A stretch of DNA of 64,000 nt from Dipteris shenzhenensis (lineage: Eukaryota). A model generated the notes under the pieces. That model had not been told where the DNA came from. It made no database searches and was given only the letters and a program-made list of their open reading frames with translations. A program made the position numbers and the translations under genes. Shown piece by piece: positions 52,944-64,000 of this stretch. The stretch lies in assembly GCA_047967505.1 (NCBI GenBank), contig CM106538.1; one strand, written 5' to 3'. Within the stretch, counting starts at the first letter, position 1. Each line of letters starts with the position of its first letter.

Positions 52944-55900
52944 ATGGCATCTGATTCTCTTTCGCAGATTGTCACTGAAAAGCTTGACAAGAACAACTTC
53001 CAGGCATGGAAGTTTAGAATGACGAATTTCTTGATGGGAAAAGGCTATTGGGAATTCATTATAGGAAATGAAGAAGAACCTGTTCTTCCTAATGTTCCCA
53101 ATCAACAGGAAATGCAGGCATTCAAAGGATGGCATGAGAGAGCCAGGAAAGTTATGTACTGGCTGTCTATCAGTATTTCGGACTCCATGATTGTGCATAT
53201 TCAGGATGCAAATACGCCAAAGGAGGCATGGGATACTTTGGCAAAAATGTATAGCACAAATACGCAAGCCAGGAAAATGCAACTCAAACAGGAGTTGCAC
53301 AATGTGCAGAGAGAAAATTTGAGCATAAATGACTACCACATGAAAGTGAAGAAAATTGCATGCACTTGCTTCCATTGGGTCGCCAGTGGATGATGATGAT
53401 TTGGTTTCTGTGACCTTGAATGGTCTAGGAAAGGATTATGCACAGTTCCGAACATCCATTGCCGTCCGTGAAAACTTTCCTGATTTTGAGGAGTTGATTG
53501 CTCTTCTAATTTCTGAAGAGCAGAGAAATGGGGGTGCATCTTCTTCAGCAGGAACTTCAAAAGAAACTGTCTTCTACTCAAATGCTAGCAGAGGTAGAGG
53601 CAGAGGTAGAGGAGGCCGATCTGCAGGCCGTGGTAGAAATCAGAATATGCAGCAAACGCAAGAAAACCAGTCCTATGCAGGAGGACGTGGTAACTCTAGA
53701 GGCAGGGGGAGCCAAAGAGGCCGTGGTGGATGGCAGAGAAGCCAAAATGCAAACAGCAATGTTGAATGCTACTATTGTGGCAAAATGGGTCATATGGCTA
53801 AAGACTGCTACAAAAAGCAGAATGACATTATGAGTGGAAAATTGCAGCAAGGCAATTATGCATCCTCTAGTAGACAGGGCGATGACAGAAATGAGCATTT
53901 GTTTATGGTGCAGCATATGACAAATTCTGTAACAAGTGCAAAAGAAAGCAATGATGTGTGGTATGTTGACTCGGGTGCGTCAAACCACATGACAGGTCAC
54001 GCTGAATGGATGCAGGATGTAAGAAAAATGGAAAAACCAGGATTTGTGGACACTGGTGATGATACTGCACATCCTATTGTGCAGATTGGCAAAATTCCTT
54101 TGTCTATGCAGGATGGGAAAAAGAAATACTTGTCTGATGTATTTCATGTCCCGAACATCACCAAGAACCTGGTTTCTGTTGGTCAAATGGTTGAGCAGGG
54201 CTTGCAGGTTAGATTTAATCCTCATGGATGCTTTGTTGAGGATATGAAAAATAACGGTTGCTTGATAGCAAAAGGAAAGAAGAAGGGCAGGATGTTTACG
54301 TTGGATGCAGACATGCCTGAATTGAGTGCAGCAATGTTTGCACATGGGACCGGTGTAGTTGCAGATATTGATATCTGGCACAAACGCATTGGTCATGTTA
54401 ATATACAGCGACTAAAATCAATGCAAGCCCAAAATATTGTTGCAGGATTGCCTAAATTTAAGGTTGCAGAAATGCACAAGGTTTGTGAAGCCTGTCAATT
54501 TGGGAAACAGGCAAGGAAACCTTTTCCTAGGCATGTTCAAGAGAGTAAAAAGCCATTGGAATTAATCCACTCTGATGTGTGGACTACAAAAGCTGCATCT
54601 ATTGGAGGCTGTCACTATTTTGTCACATTTATTGATGACTTCAGCAGAAAACTGTGGGTGTATTTTATGAAAAAGAAAAAGTGAAGTGTTTGGGCACTTC
54701 AAAGCTTTCAAAGCTATGGTTGAAAAAGAAACAGGCCTGCAAATAAAATGCCTAAGGTCAGATGGAGGGGGAGAGTACCTCTCAAATGAGTTTGCAAGGT
54801 TCTTGCAGGAGCATGGTATAAAGCAGCAATATTCATGCAGTCATACCCCACAGCAAAATGGAATTGCAGAAAGAAAAAACAGGCATATTGCAGAGGTGTC
54901 TCAGGCTATGCTAAATGAAAAAGATCTACCAGATTATTATTGGGCTGAAGCAGTTGCTACAGCAGTCTATATAATGAACAGGACTCCCACTGCAGCAATA
55001 CATGGCATGACGCCAGAGGAGATGTATACTGGTAGGAAACCAGATATTTCTCATTTGAAGATTTTTGGTTGCATTGCTTATGTCCATGTGCCAGATGAGT
55101 TGAGGTCCAAGTTGGATCCGAAAGCTGAGAAGTGCGTCTTTATTGGTTATTCTCTGCAGCAGAAAGGGTATAGATGCTATAACCCTTCTACACGTAAGTT
55201 CACAGTGAGCAGAGATGTTGTTTTTGATGAGATGAGCAGCTGGTATAAACCAATAAATGTGATGATTGATGTAGATGCACAAAATGGTAATGCTGCACAG
55301 AATGCACAGCAGCAATCACAAAATATCAGTGGACCTGGAGTGTCCTCTACCAGTGGTTCACATACTTCGCCATGGACAGGCAGATTGAGATCAGGAGAAT
55401 CCCCTCAAAGCAATGCAGAGAGTGGTACGCAGGTATCACGAAAAGGAAAAGAGAAGGTAGATCAGCCCATGTATGATGTGAATGCAGGTCACTCTTGTGT
55501 GGATGGTGAATCTAGTGGCTCAGAACAGAGCATTGATGATGAGTTGGGTATTCCTTCTGTTGTTACACCTGGAGTAAGGAAGACCAGGGATGTTTTGAGA
55601 GCACCTGGAAGTGAGCCTATTTTGCGCAGGTCTACCAGGGTTAGGTATCCTGTGGATAGGCTGAAATATGATGGATTTACAGCCATTCACTATGCCTATA
55701 TGGTCAAAGTGATACAGGAACCAGAACCCACTTCTTTTGAGCAAGCCATGGGAAATGAAAAATGGGAGAAAGCCATGGATGAAGAAATGGATGCCTTGGA
55801 TGCTAATGCTACATGGGAATTGGTGCCTTTGCCTAAAGGCAAGAATGCAATTGGTTGTAAGTGGGTTTATAAGATCAAGCACAATGCAGATGGTTCTGTG

Positions 55901-57307
55901 AATAGATACAAGGCAAGATTAGTTGTCAAGGGGTATGCACAGACATATGGCATTGATTATGAAGAAACTTTCAGCCCGGTTGCAAGGATGGCAACCGTAA
56001 GAGCAGCCATTGCTATGGCTGCATCAAAGGGATGGTCTTTACATCAGATGGATGTAAAGAATGCCTTCTTGCATGGTGATTTGCAAGAAGAGGTCTTTAT
56101 GGAGCAGCCAGTAGGTTATGTTCATGCCACTCATCCTGAGTTTGTTTGCAGGTTGAAGAAAGCCTTGTACGGCTTGAAGCAAGCACCTAGAGCATGGTCT
56201 GACAAGATAGGACAGTATCTTGTCACTATTGGCTTTCAGATTTCCAAGGCAGATTTCTCACTCTATGTGAGAAAAACAGAGAAAGGGATTATGCTGCTGG
56301 TCATTTATGTTGATGATTTGATCATCACAGGTGATAGTGATGAAGATATCCTTCATGTGAAAATGCTATTGAGGCAGAAGTTTGAGATGAAGGATTTGGG
56401 AGAGCTGCGTTATTTCTTGGGCATTGAGGTGATTAGATCACCAAGTGGGATACAGCTCTTGCAGAGGCAGTATGGATTGGACATGCTGTCCAAATATGGG
56501 ATGACAGGATGTAAGCCTATTTCAGTTCCTTTGGAGCAGAATGTGAAGCTGAGCACAGATGCAGGTGAGCTTCTGGAAGACCCTACTATGTACAGACGCA
56601 TAGTAGGAAGTTTGATTTACATGACTATTACCAGGCCAGATTTGAGCTATGCTGTTGGGTTGGTAAGTCAGTTTATGCAGGCTCCAAGGAAACCGCATTT
56701 GGATGCGGCTAGACGCATACTCAGGTATGTGAAGTCCACATTGCAGTATGGACTATTTTATGAGGCTGGGGTTCAGATACAGTTGCATGGATACACTGAT
56801 GCTGATTGGGCTGGTAGCATTTCTGATAGACGATCTACCAGTGGATATGTGTTCTCTTTTGGGAGTGCTGCAGTCACTTGGAGCAGCAAGAAACAGCCTA
56901 CAGTTGCCTTTGTCGAGCACAGAGGCTGAGTACAGGGGTGCAGCAATGGCTGCATGTGAGGTAGCTTGGTTGCATAAGCTACTCTATGATATGCATCAGT
57001 CTACAGATGGACCGGTTGTCATTTATTGTGACAACATGAGTAGTATACATTTGGCAAAGAACCCAGTCTTTCATGCCAGAACAAAGCACATTGAGGTGCA
57101 TTATCACTATGTGCGGGAGAAGGTTTTACTAGGTCTTATTGATCTATTTATGTCAGCACAGAGGATCAGGTAGCTGACATATTCACGAAAGCATTGGGTG
57201 CAGAGAGGCTGCGCAAGTTCAGAGACCTGCTTGGTGTGCAGGATTTGGGATTGAGCTCGAGGGGGAGTGTTGAGATATCGAGCTCCACTCGAGATATGCC
57301 AGGGTGA
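52944..57307 (+). pseudogene. Copia gag-pol polyprotein with four frameshifts (~53358, ~54680, ~56910, ~57148)
   Basis: ORF pieces of 154, 442, 747 and 141 aa join into gag(RGG, CCHC)-PR(VDSGAS)-INT-RT(YVDD)-RH(DADWA). Confidence 0.93.
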
Positions 57308-57619
57308 CCGTTGGGTACTTATGTCACCGACTTGTTAGCTGGAGATGTGGTTGGTACACCGCCCATGAATAATAGCTGGATGACAGCTATCCTTATCTAC
57401 ACTAGTTCGTGGCTCAGTTAGTATGCCACCTTAGTTAGTTGAGTTTGGTTTGAGACCCACATATAGGGTTCTTCTATTTCTTTGTACTAGTGTTCTTTTG
57501 GCTTTCACAACTAAGAAGAGGAAAACTGTTTTCAGCCTCCACCTTCGTGTGTATTCCCCCATTGTGCATGTGAGAAAGCCTCAAGTGAGACTCCTTCCCT
57601 CTCTCCCACAATCTTCACA
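57268..57619 (+). repeat. 3' LTR, Copia B
   Basis: Follows PPT, followed by TSD. Confidence 0.97.
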
Positions 57620-58199
57620 ATCTTGTGGGGAGGGGGGGTAGGACACTACAAATTTATATGCTACACATGAAAAGGGCACACGCATACACAATTGACAAGT
57701 TGTAATAGTCATATACCAAGTGTATGAATAAACCAAGCCTAAACTATGGCTAGTTTCAGGCCATAATAGGGGGGGAAATTAAGACTATTGGCAGATATTT
57801 GAAGTTCTTCTAATGTATATCAAGGGATCTTATTTTTATATTCTTATTGTATAATCTAAATGATTGAAAAATAATGTAGATTTAAGACAAGGGGGGGACA
57901 TAGTAGACTTTTGGTAGTATTCTTATAAGCTTAAATAGGGGTGTTTTATCCCCCTACATGGACCGTATATAGGGGGTTTTCTTAAAGTTCATGCACATAG
58001 GTGACGTCACCCTTTTATTGAGAGTGAATCTCCCATGCTATTTAGTTGGTGTTAGCTAGTAAATTAGGAAAAAAGGGAGCTCATTTTATGGCCTTTAGCC
58101 AAGAAAGAAAATAGCCCTCCACCAATCAAATGAGGGCCAACGTAACATTGAAAATTTTAGAAAAAGAAAAACAAAAGAAATGCGGTCGAGTTTGCATAA

Positions 58200-59592
58200 C
58201 CTTCACAAAGGCATTTGACTCCTCGTCGACCCACATCTCTATGTCAGACATCCTCACTATGATTTCTAGATCAAGATATCTGACCTCGGTAACACTTGGT
58301 GATGTCACCAGGAACAACTCTTTGATTACCACATTTGCTTTGGTTTCTCCTTTTGGAGTCGGACTCCTTTTTGTTTTTCTGATCTGCCTTTTTCTTTCTG
58401 CAGTCCTTTGCAAAATGTCCTGGCGTATCACAATAGAAGCACTTCTTTTTCTGCTTCCTCTTCGAAGTCTCCTTGTCGTCAGAGTTGTCTTTCTTGGACT
58501 TGCCACTATTAGGCTTGCCCTTTCCTTTGCCAATGGAATCCTTCGCCAGCATTGCCTTGTCGTCTTTGTCCTCGTTGTAGAGCTTCTCCCGAGCTTCCTC
58601 CTGTAGCAGTAATGGACCCAACTCCTCAAACGTCAGAGGTTTGGTCCTCTGTCCTGCTGTCATAATCATAACAAAGCTCTTGCAACTCCAAGGTAGTCTC
58701 CTCAGTACCATTAAGGCCAAATGGCATGAATCTGTCTTCTAACCAACTGCTACCAGCTAATCTCTCACCACCTTGACCTTCATCAAATGGCTATGTACCA
58801 TATCTCCTTCTTCCATATCAAGATTGTAGAGTTGATGCTGAAGAAGCAAAAATCGGGAGGTGTTGTCTGTCTCGTATAGATCCTTCAGAGATGGAGTCCA
58901 CCGTAGCCCCTATGATTAATGCCAGGGCATGGGCATTTTTGTCTTCCCAAGCTTCGAGCTCCTCCCTGTCTACTGCCATGACAATCTCCCCTTTCTTGTC
59001 CACCATGTCCTCGGGCTTCGACTCCACTCCCCTGGTCAGCTTCCACAATGTCCGAGCCACTAAATGACTCCAGATCTTCACTTTCCAAACTGGGTAGTTG
59101 GTCCCATCCAGTTTCCTAGACTCTCCAAAGTTAGGGATAGTGAATGAGAGAAAACTGGGGGAGGAGGAAGGGAAAGCAGGGGCTGAAGAGGCTATTGAGG
59201 TTGACATCTCTGCTATTTATACCACACAGCAAAGTCAACCAAACTCAATTTCAGTAAACCAGAACTTTGAACGCACCTAACTGAACCTGAGTCACCCTCC
59301 TTCTTGCAAGGGCACAATCCTCCAGTCGTGGAAGTCAATTCCCTAGAGCTTCTGAATCAGGGTTGTCCTTCAGCAAGGTCCCTGCCTTTAGGCTCCCACA
59401 CCTGTGAGCCTCCTACTTCGCCTCTGATACCATGTTAGAAAAGACCCAACAGAGGGTACACATAGCAAAAGACTTATAGTAATGCCTAGGAGCTCACACA
59501 GTGTGGTGTGGGTGTGGAATCACAAACTTCTTTACTTAATGTGCAGACTCATCAATACACAATGAACCAGCCAGATAGAGAAACCACCAACA
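58200..59592 (-). mobile_element. Copia family C 5' fragment (LTR end, PBS, gag)
   Basis: LTR end 59433-~59592, PBS TGGTATCAGAGG 59421-59432, KLDGTNYPVWKVKI, KCFYCDTPGHFAKDCR; stops before protease. Confidence 0.85.
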
Positions 59593-61664
59593 ACTGCAGG
59601 TAAGTGAGCAACCAAACCTTGCTTCTGCATCTCCTTCAGCACTACAAATCCAATGTGGTCGAATCTTTCATGCCAAAGTTTGCTTGTGCCCACTCCAGCA
59701 ATGGCTATAAGAGCACCTAGCTCATACAAGTTGTTCCTCCTTACTCCTATGCCAACAAGATTGCTTGCACTATCCAGAATTTTTGCTCTTGTCTTGTTGA
59801 ACCTCACCTCATGGTCAAGGTCAGTTATGGAAACCACTAATAGCAAATTTCTCTTGATTTGTGGAACATACAGCACATTAGATAGTTTCTTAACATCTCC
59901 ATTTATAGAAACAAATGAAATCGTACCTATACCCTCAGCAGGGAATTTTGCATTATTACCAACCGTCATGGTGATGGGTTCCTATAGAGGCTGCATGGAA
60001 CAATATAGACCCTTCTTGCAGGTCAGGAGGCACTACTATCCAACACCCATGAATCAGTGGTTGAAGCTTCTTGAACTGAGGAACACTCTTCCTCAATGGC
60101 CAGAAATAGATCCAACTCTGCTTCTGCTGTGTTAGCTCCCCTTATCTATCTTCTTCAGGGTACCATTCTTTTCATCTTCTTTCTTGACCTGGAAATCTGC
60201 AATCATATGGCCCTTCTTCTTGCAGTAGAAGCATTCTCCCTAAAACTTCTTCTTGTAGCCCTTCTTCTTTTTGTCACCACTAGTAGAGAACTCACCTTTG
60301 GTGGAGGAACCACCTTTGCCTTTCGCAATGGCAAAGAACATAGCATCCCCATTGCTGCCTCCATCTCTAGCTTTAAGCCTCAATTCCTCCTCCATAAGTA
60401 AAGCACAAAACTCCTCAAATGACAATGGTTGGGGTCTCACCTGAGTGTTAAGCGCTGTTACTAGTCCATCAAACCTTGGTGGACATATCCAGAGACACCA
60501 CTGAGCTAGCTCTTCGCTAGTCTTTTGTATCCTAGCACCAGCCATCTGGTCATGTAGATTTTTCATTCGGGTTATGAACGCCTCTGCTGTCTCTCCTTCA
60601 TTAAACTTCTCAGTTGCGAGCTGATTCTCCAGGTTCTAGATCCTTGTCTGATTCCGCATCTCATATTGACTCTTCAATATGTTCTAGGCCATAGTTGCCT
60701 TAGATGTATGCTAAATCAAGGTCAAAACACTATCAGTAGTACTTGTAACCATGGCACATAGAGCAGTTGCATTCCTACGTTTCCAAGCTCGTAGAAGGTT
60801 GGCATTAGGAGGTATCATACTCCCCGTATTTGCTAGGTTGGGGGTTCCTTGTGGTTCTTGGCCAATCCCCAGTATTGTCTCTAGAAGCTCATATGAATCC
60901 AGAATAGCAGTAATTTTAAACTTCCACAGAGTGTAGTTCATACCATCTAGCTTGCCTTTAGTGATGGCTAGTGGGCGAATCCTCAATGCCTGGATTGTTG
61001 GTGCAGTAGTAGTTGCAAAACTCGTGCTGCTTCCTATTGCCATCACTCCATATGCTATTGAAGCCCTCGCCTCTCTTCTATTCTTCGATCCTTAGAGCCG
61101 CATGGGCTCTGATACCATGTTAAATTACACGACGTAGCGGAACAGAAATTGAATAAAGAATAGAGAGTACACAGCAAACTGCAGAGGAACAAACTTTTCC
61201 TTCAATACTGATGTAGTATAGATGATGGCTCCATCCACTCGTGCACTCCCACAGTGGAGCTTAGATGGCAATCTAGATAGATACTAGGTGAAGAGCTACT
61301 AGCTAGAAGATATGATCTGATCTGAATTGATCTGATGCAATGGACTAGGGAGGTCGGCTCTTTATAGCTATGAGGGTGGTAGTTGAATCAACGTAGTCGG
61401 TGGGGTCGACTAGTTGACCTAGTCGATGGAGCTGACCAGGTAGCCTAGTCAGTGGAACCGACTTGTCATCCATCGAATATTCAAGGAATATTCCCTATAC
61501 CATTGCCTTGGGGGCTCTCACCCCCGAACCCCCACCAGGGGGCCTGTTGGTGCCCTTGGGACCCCCCAGCTGGGGGCCAGCTGGCCCCCAGGCCCCAACA
61601 AGAATAAGGGGCTCCCACACAATCACCTTTCTACCATCAACGGTCTCATTGATAGACCTCATCT
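59593..61664 (-). mobile_element. Second Copia family A copy: 5' LTR (interrupted), PBS, gag, PR, pre-integrase
   Basis: LTR 61118-61664, PBS 61106-61117, coding region collinear with ~33850-35340. Confidence 0.93.
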
Positions 61665-64000
61665 TGTAAAGAATAAGGGAGAGAGATAGGAGACTCAAGT
61701 TCAGCTTTCTTCACAACACACAAAAGAGAGAGGACACAAGGTTGGAGGGTGAAGCTTTTCTTCACTTTTGCACACAACAACAATACAATAGAAGAGGGAA
61801 ATACCCTATATGTCAAACCCTAGAATACGTGGTTCATATGTGAACCCAAACCAAAAACATACGTGGTAGTCTAACTACACCACGAGTACAACTAACATAG
61901 GCGGTGACATAAATGATAGTCATCCAGGAGATATATCGGGGGTAGAGCTTGATATCTCAACACTCCCCCTCAAGCTCAAATCCATCTCACGTACACCAAG
62001 CAAGCTCCTAAATCTGCGAAGCTTCTCGGTACCCAATGCCTTTGTAAAAATATCAGCCACCTGCTCCTCAGTGCTGACATAGACAAGATCAATCTCACCA
62101 GCTAGAACCTTCTCTCTCACAAAGTGATAATGCACCTCAATGTGCTTCGTTCTAGCATGATAAACTGGGTTATTAGCAAGCATGATGCTGCTAATGTTGT
62201 CACAATGAATGACAACTGCTGCATGAATTGACTGTCCCATATCTGCAAGTAGCTTCCATAACCAAGCTACCTCACATGCAGCCATTGCTGCACCCCTGTA
62301 CTCAGCCTCTGTGCTCGACAAGGCAACTGTTGGCTGCTTCTTGCTGCTCCAACTGATGGCACCACTCCCAAGGGAAAACATAAAACCACTAGTAGATCTC
62401 CTGTCTGAGACACTACCAGCCCAGTCAGCATCTGTGTATCCATGTACCTGTAATGCACACCCAGCTTCATAAAACAGTCCACAATGCAATGTGGACTTCA
62501 CATACCGTAGTATGCGCCTAGCCGCATCCAAATGTGGCTTCCTTGGTGCCTGCATAAACTGACTCACCAGCCCCACAGCATAGCTCAAATCTGGTCTGGT
62601 TATAGTCATGTAAATCAAGCTACCTACTATGTGCCTGTACATAGTAATATCTTCAAGAAGCTCACCTGTCTCTGCATTGAGCTTCACATTCTGCTCCAAT
62701 GGAATAGAGATAGGCTTACAGCCTGTCATCCCATATTTGGACAGCATGTCCAAACCGTATTGCCTTTGCAACAGCCATATCCCACTCGGGGATCTAATAA
62801 CCTCAATGCCCAAGAAGTAACGCAGCTCTCCCAAATCCTTCATCTCAAATTTCTGCTTCAACAGCAGCTTCACTTCATTAATGTCTGCATCACTATCACC
62901 TGTAATAATCAAGTCATCAACATAGATGACTACAAGCACAATCCCTCTGTTTGTCCTTTTCACATAAAGTGAAAAATCTGAATTGGAAATCTGAAATCCA
63001 ATAGTGACAAGATATTGCCCTATCTTGTCTGACCATGCCCTCGGCACCTGTTTTAAGCCATACAAGGCTTTGCGCAACCTGCATACAAAATCGGGGTGTG
63101 AATTATCCTCATAACCTTCTGGCTGCATCATATAAACCTCTTCCTGCAAATCACCATGCAAGAAGGCATTTTTCACATCCATCTGATGCAAAGACCATCC
63201 CTTTGCAGCAGCCATAGCAATTACTGCTCTCACGGTTGCCATCCTTGCAACTGGGCTGAAAGTTTCCTCATAGTCAATTCCATATGTCTGCGCAAAACCT
63301 TTGGCAACCAATCTTGCCTTGTACCTGCTAACAGACCCATCAGCATTGTGCTTTACTTTGTAAACCCACTTGTAGCCAATAGCCTTCTTATCATGAGGCA
63401 AAGGCATCAAATCCCAAGTGTGGTTTGCATCCAAGGCAGCCATCTCTTCATCCATAGCTGCTTCCCAATTTTTATGCCCTACTGCATCCTCAAAACATGT
63501 GGGCTCTGGCTCCTCTAGAACCTTGACCATATAAGCATAGTGATGTGCTGTATACCCATCATATCTCAGCCTGTCAACTGGATACTTAATACGAGTGGAC
63601 CTCCGTACAACTGGATCAGTTGCAGGAGTCTTTAAATCATGCCTGCTTTTCCTTGCACCAGGTGTAACAACAGAAGGAATCCCAAGTTCCTCATCAAGGC
63701 TCATTTCAGAGCCGCTTGACTCTCCATCAACATGAGAGCTACCAGCAGACACATCAAACACTGGAGCATGGTCTACTTTTTCTTTTCCCTTATGTGATAC
63801 CTGCACAACACTATCAGGGCTGCCATGTGACGATTCACTAGATCTCAATCTCCCTGTCCATGCATTAGATCCACTAGTAGAGGACTCTCTGGGTCCACTC
63901 AAGGCTTGAGATTGCTGCTCTGCATTTATTGCAGCATTCCCATTTCCTGCATCTGCATCTCCTACCATAACAGTTGGTGCATACCAGCTGCTCATTTCAT
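61665..64000 (-). mobile_element. Copia element related to family B, inserted into the family A LTR; runs off the window
   Basis: 3' LTR 61665-61962 (TGTTGAGATATC...TTACA), PPT 61963-61971. Confidence 0.95.
61920..64000 (-). CDS. pol: Copia pol C-terminal part (linker, RT, RNase H), uninterrupted
   Basis: 691-aa open ORF with KARLVAKG, QMDVKNAFLHG, YVDD, DADWAG, ARTKHIEV; reads through the PPT into the LTR. Confidence 0.95.
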   Translation of the reverse strand, partial: EMSSWYAPTVMVGDADAGNGNAAINAEQQSQALSGPRESSTSGSNAWTGRLRSSESSHGSPDSVVQVSHKGKEKVDHAPVFDVSAGSSHVDGESSGSEMSLDEELGIPSVVTPGARKSRHDLKTPATDPVVRRSTRIKYPVDRLRYDGYTAHHYAYMVKVLEEPEPTCFEDAVGHKNWEAAMDEEMAALDANHTWDLMPLPHDKKAIGYKWVYKVKHNADGSVSRYKARLVAKGFAQTYGIDYEETFSPVARMATVRAVIAMAAAKGWSLHQMDVKNAFLHGDLQEEVYMMQPEGYEDNSHPDFVCRLRKALYGLKQVPRAWSDKIGQYLVTIGFQISNSDFSLYVKRTNRGIVLVVIYVDDLIITGDSDADINEVKLLLKQKFEMKDLGELRYFLGIEVIRSPSGIWLLQRQYGLDMLSKYGMTGCKPISIPLEQNVKLNAETGELLEDITMYRHIVGSLIYMTITRPDLSYAVGLVSQFMQAPRKPHLDAARRILRYVKSTLHCGLFYEAGCALQVHGYTDADWAGSVSDRRSTSGFMFSLGSGAISWSSKKQPTVALSSTEAEYRGAAMAACEVAWLWKLLADMGQSIHAAVVIHCDNISSIMLANNPVYHARTKHIEVHYHFVREKVLAGEIDLVYVSTEEQVADIFTKALGTEKLRRFRSLLGVREMDLSLRGSVEISSSTPDISPG

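Larger units (their letters stand above)
52089..57619 (+). mobile_element. Full-length young Ty1/Copia retrotransposon (family B)
   Basis: LTRs 52089-52440 and 57268-57619 (352 bp, 2 mismatches), TSD ATCTT on both sides, PBS TGGTATCAGAGC 52441-52452, PPT GAGGGGGAG 57259-57267. Confidence 0.98.

Noticed and set aside
54660-54690. Programmed ribosomal frameshift in Copia B
   Set aside because: Lies inside the integrase core, and the older copy has one fewer A and stays in frame
61660-61664. Shared CATCT at both B-like Copia insertion sites as target preference
   Set aside because: Only two sites, with different register and orientation; compatible with chance

Overview
Repeat-dense plant nuclear DNA; a seed-free plant such as a fern is plausible but that is an inference. 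One 100-N assembly gap lies at 16811-16910. Most of the window is nested, mostly decayed transposons. Ty3/Gypsy: three elements. Ty1/Copia: pieces of at least three families, including a young full-length copy at 52089-57619 (352-bp LTRs with 2 mismatches, ATCTT TSD) and an intact related pol running off the right edge. Also present are CACTA/EnSpm transposase remnants, a TA-flanked MITE, an ORF1-only LINE sitting in a (CA)n tract, and several tandem arrays. Only one plausible host gene is visible: a CpG-rich ORF near 50 kb ending in a polybasic/Cys tail. The most unusual observations are (1) a Gypsy pol with a complete retropepsin domain downstream of the integrase, (2) ~145-bp TGT...ACA inverted termini of an unclassified element with a decayed protein-kinase gene inside the left end, (3) a 'half-L1' element in a CA microsatellite, and (4) a Gypsy RNase H missing its catalytic acidic residues. 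All assignments are by-eye motif recognition; no database search was run.
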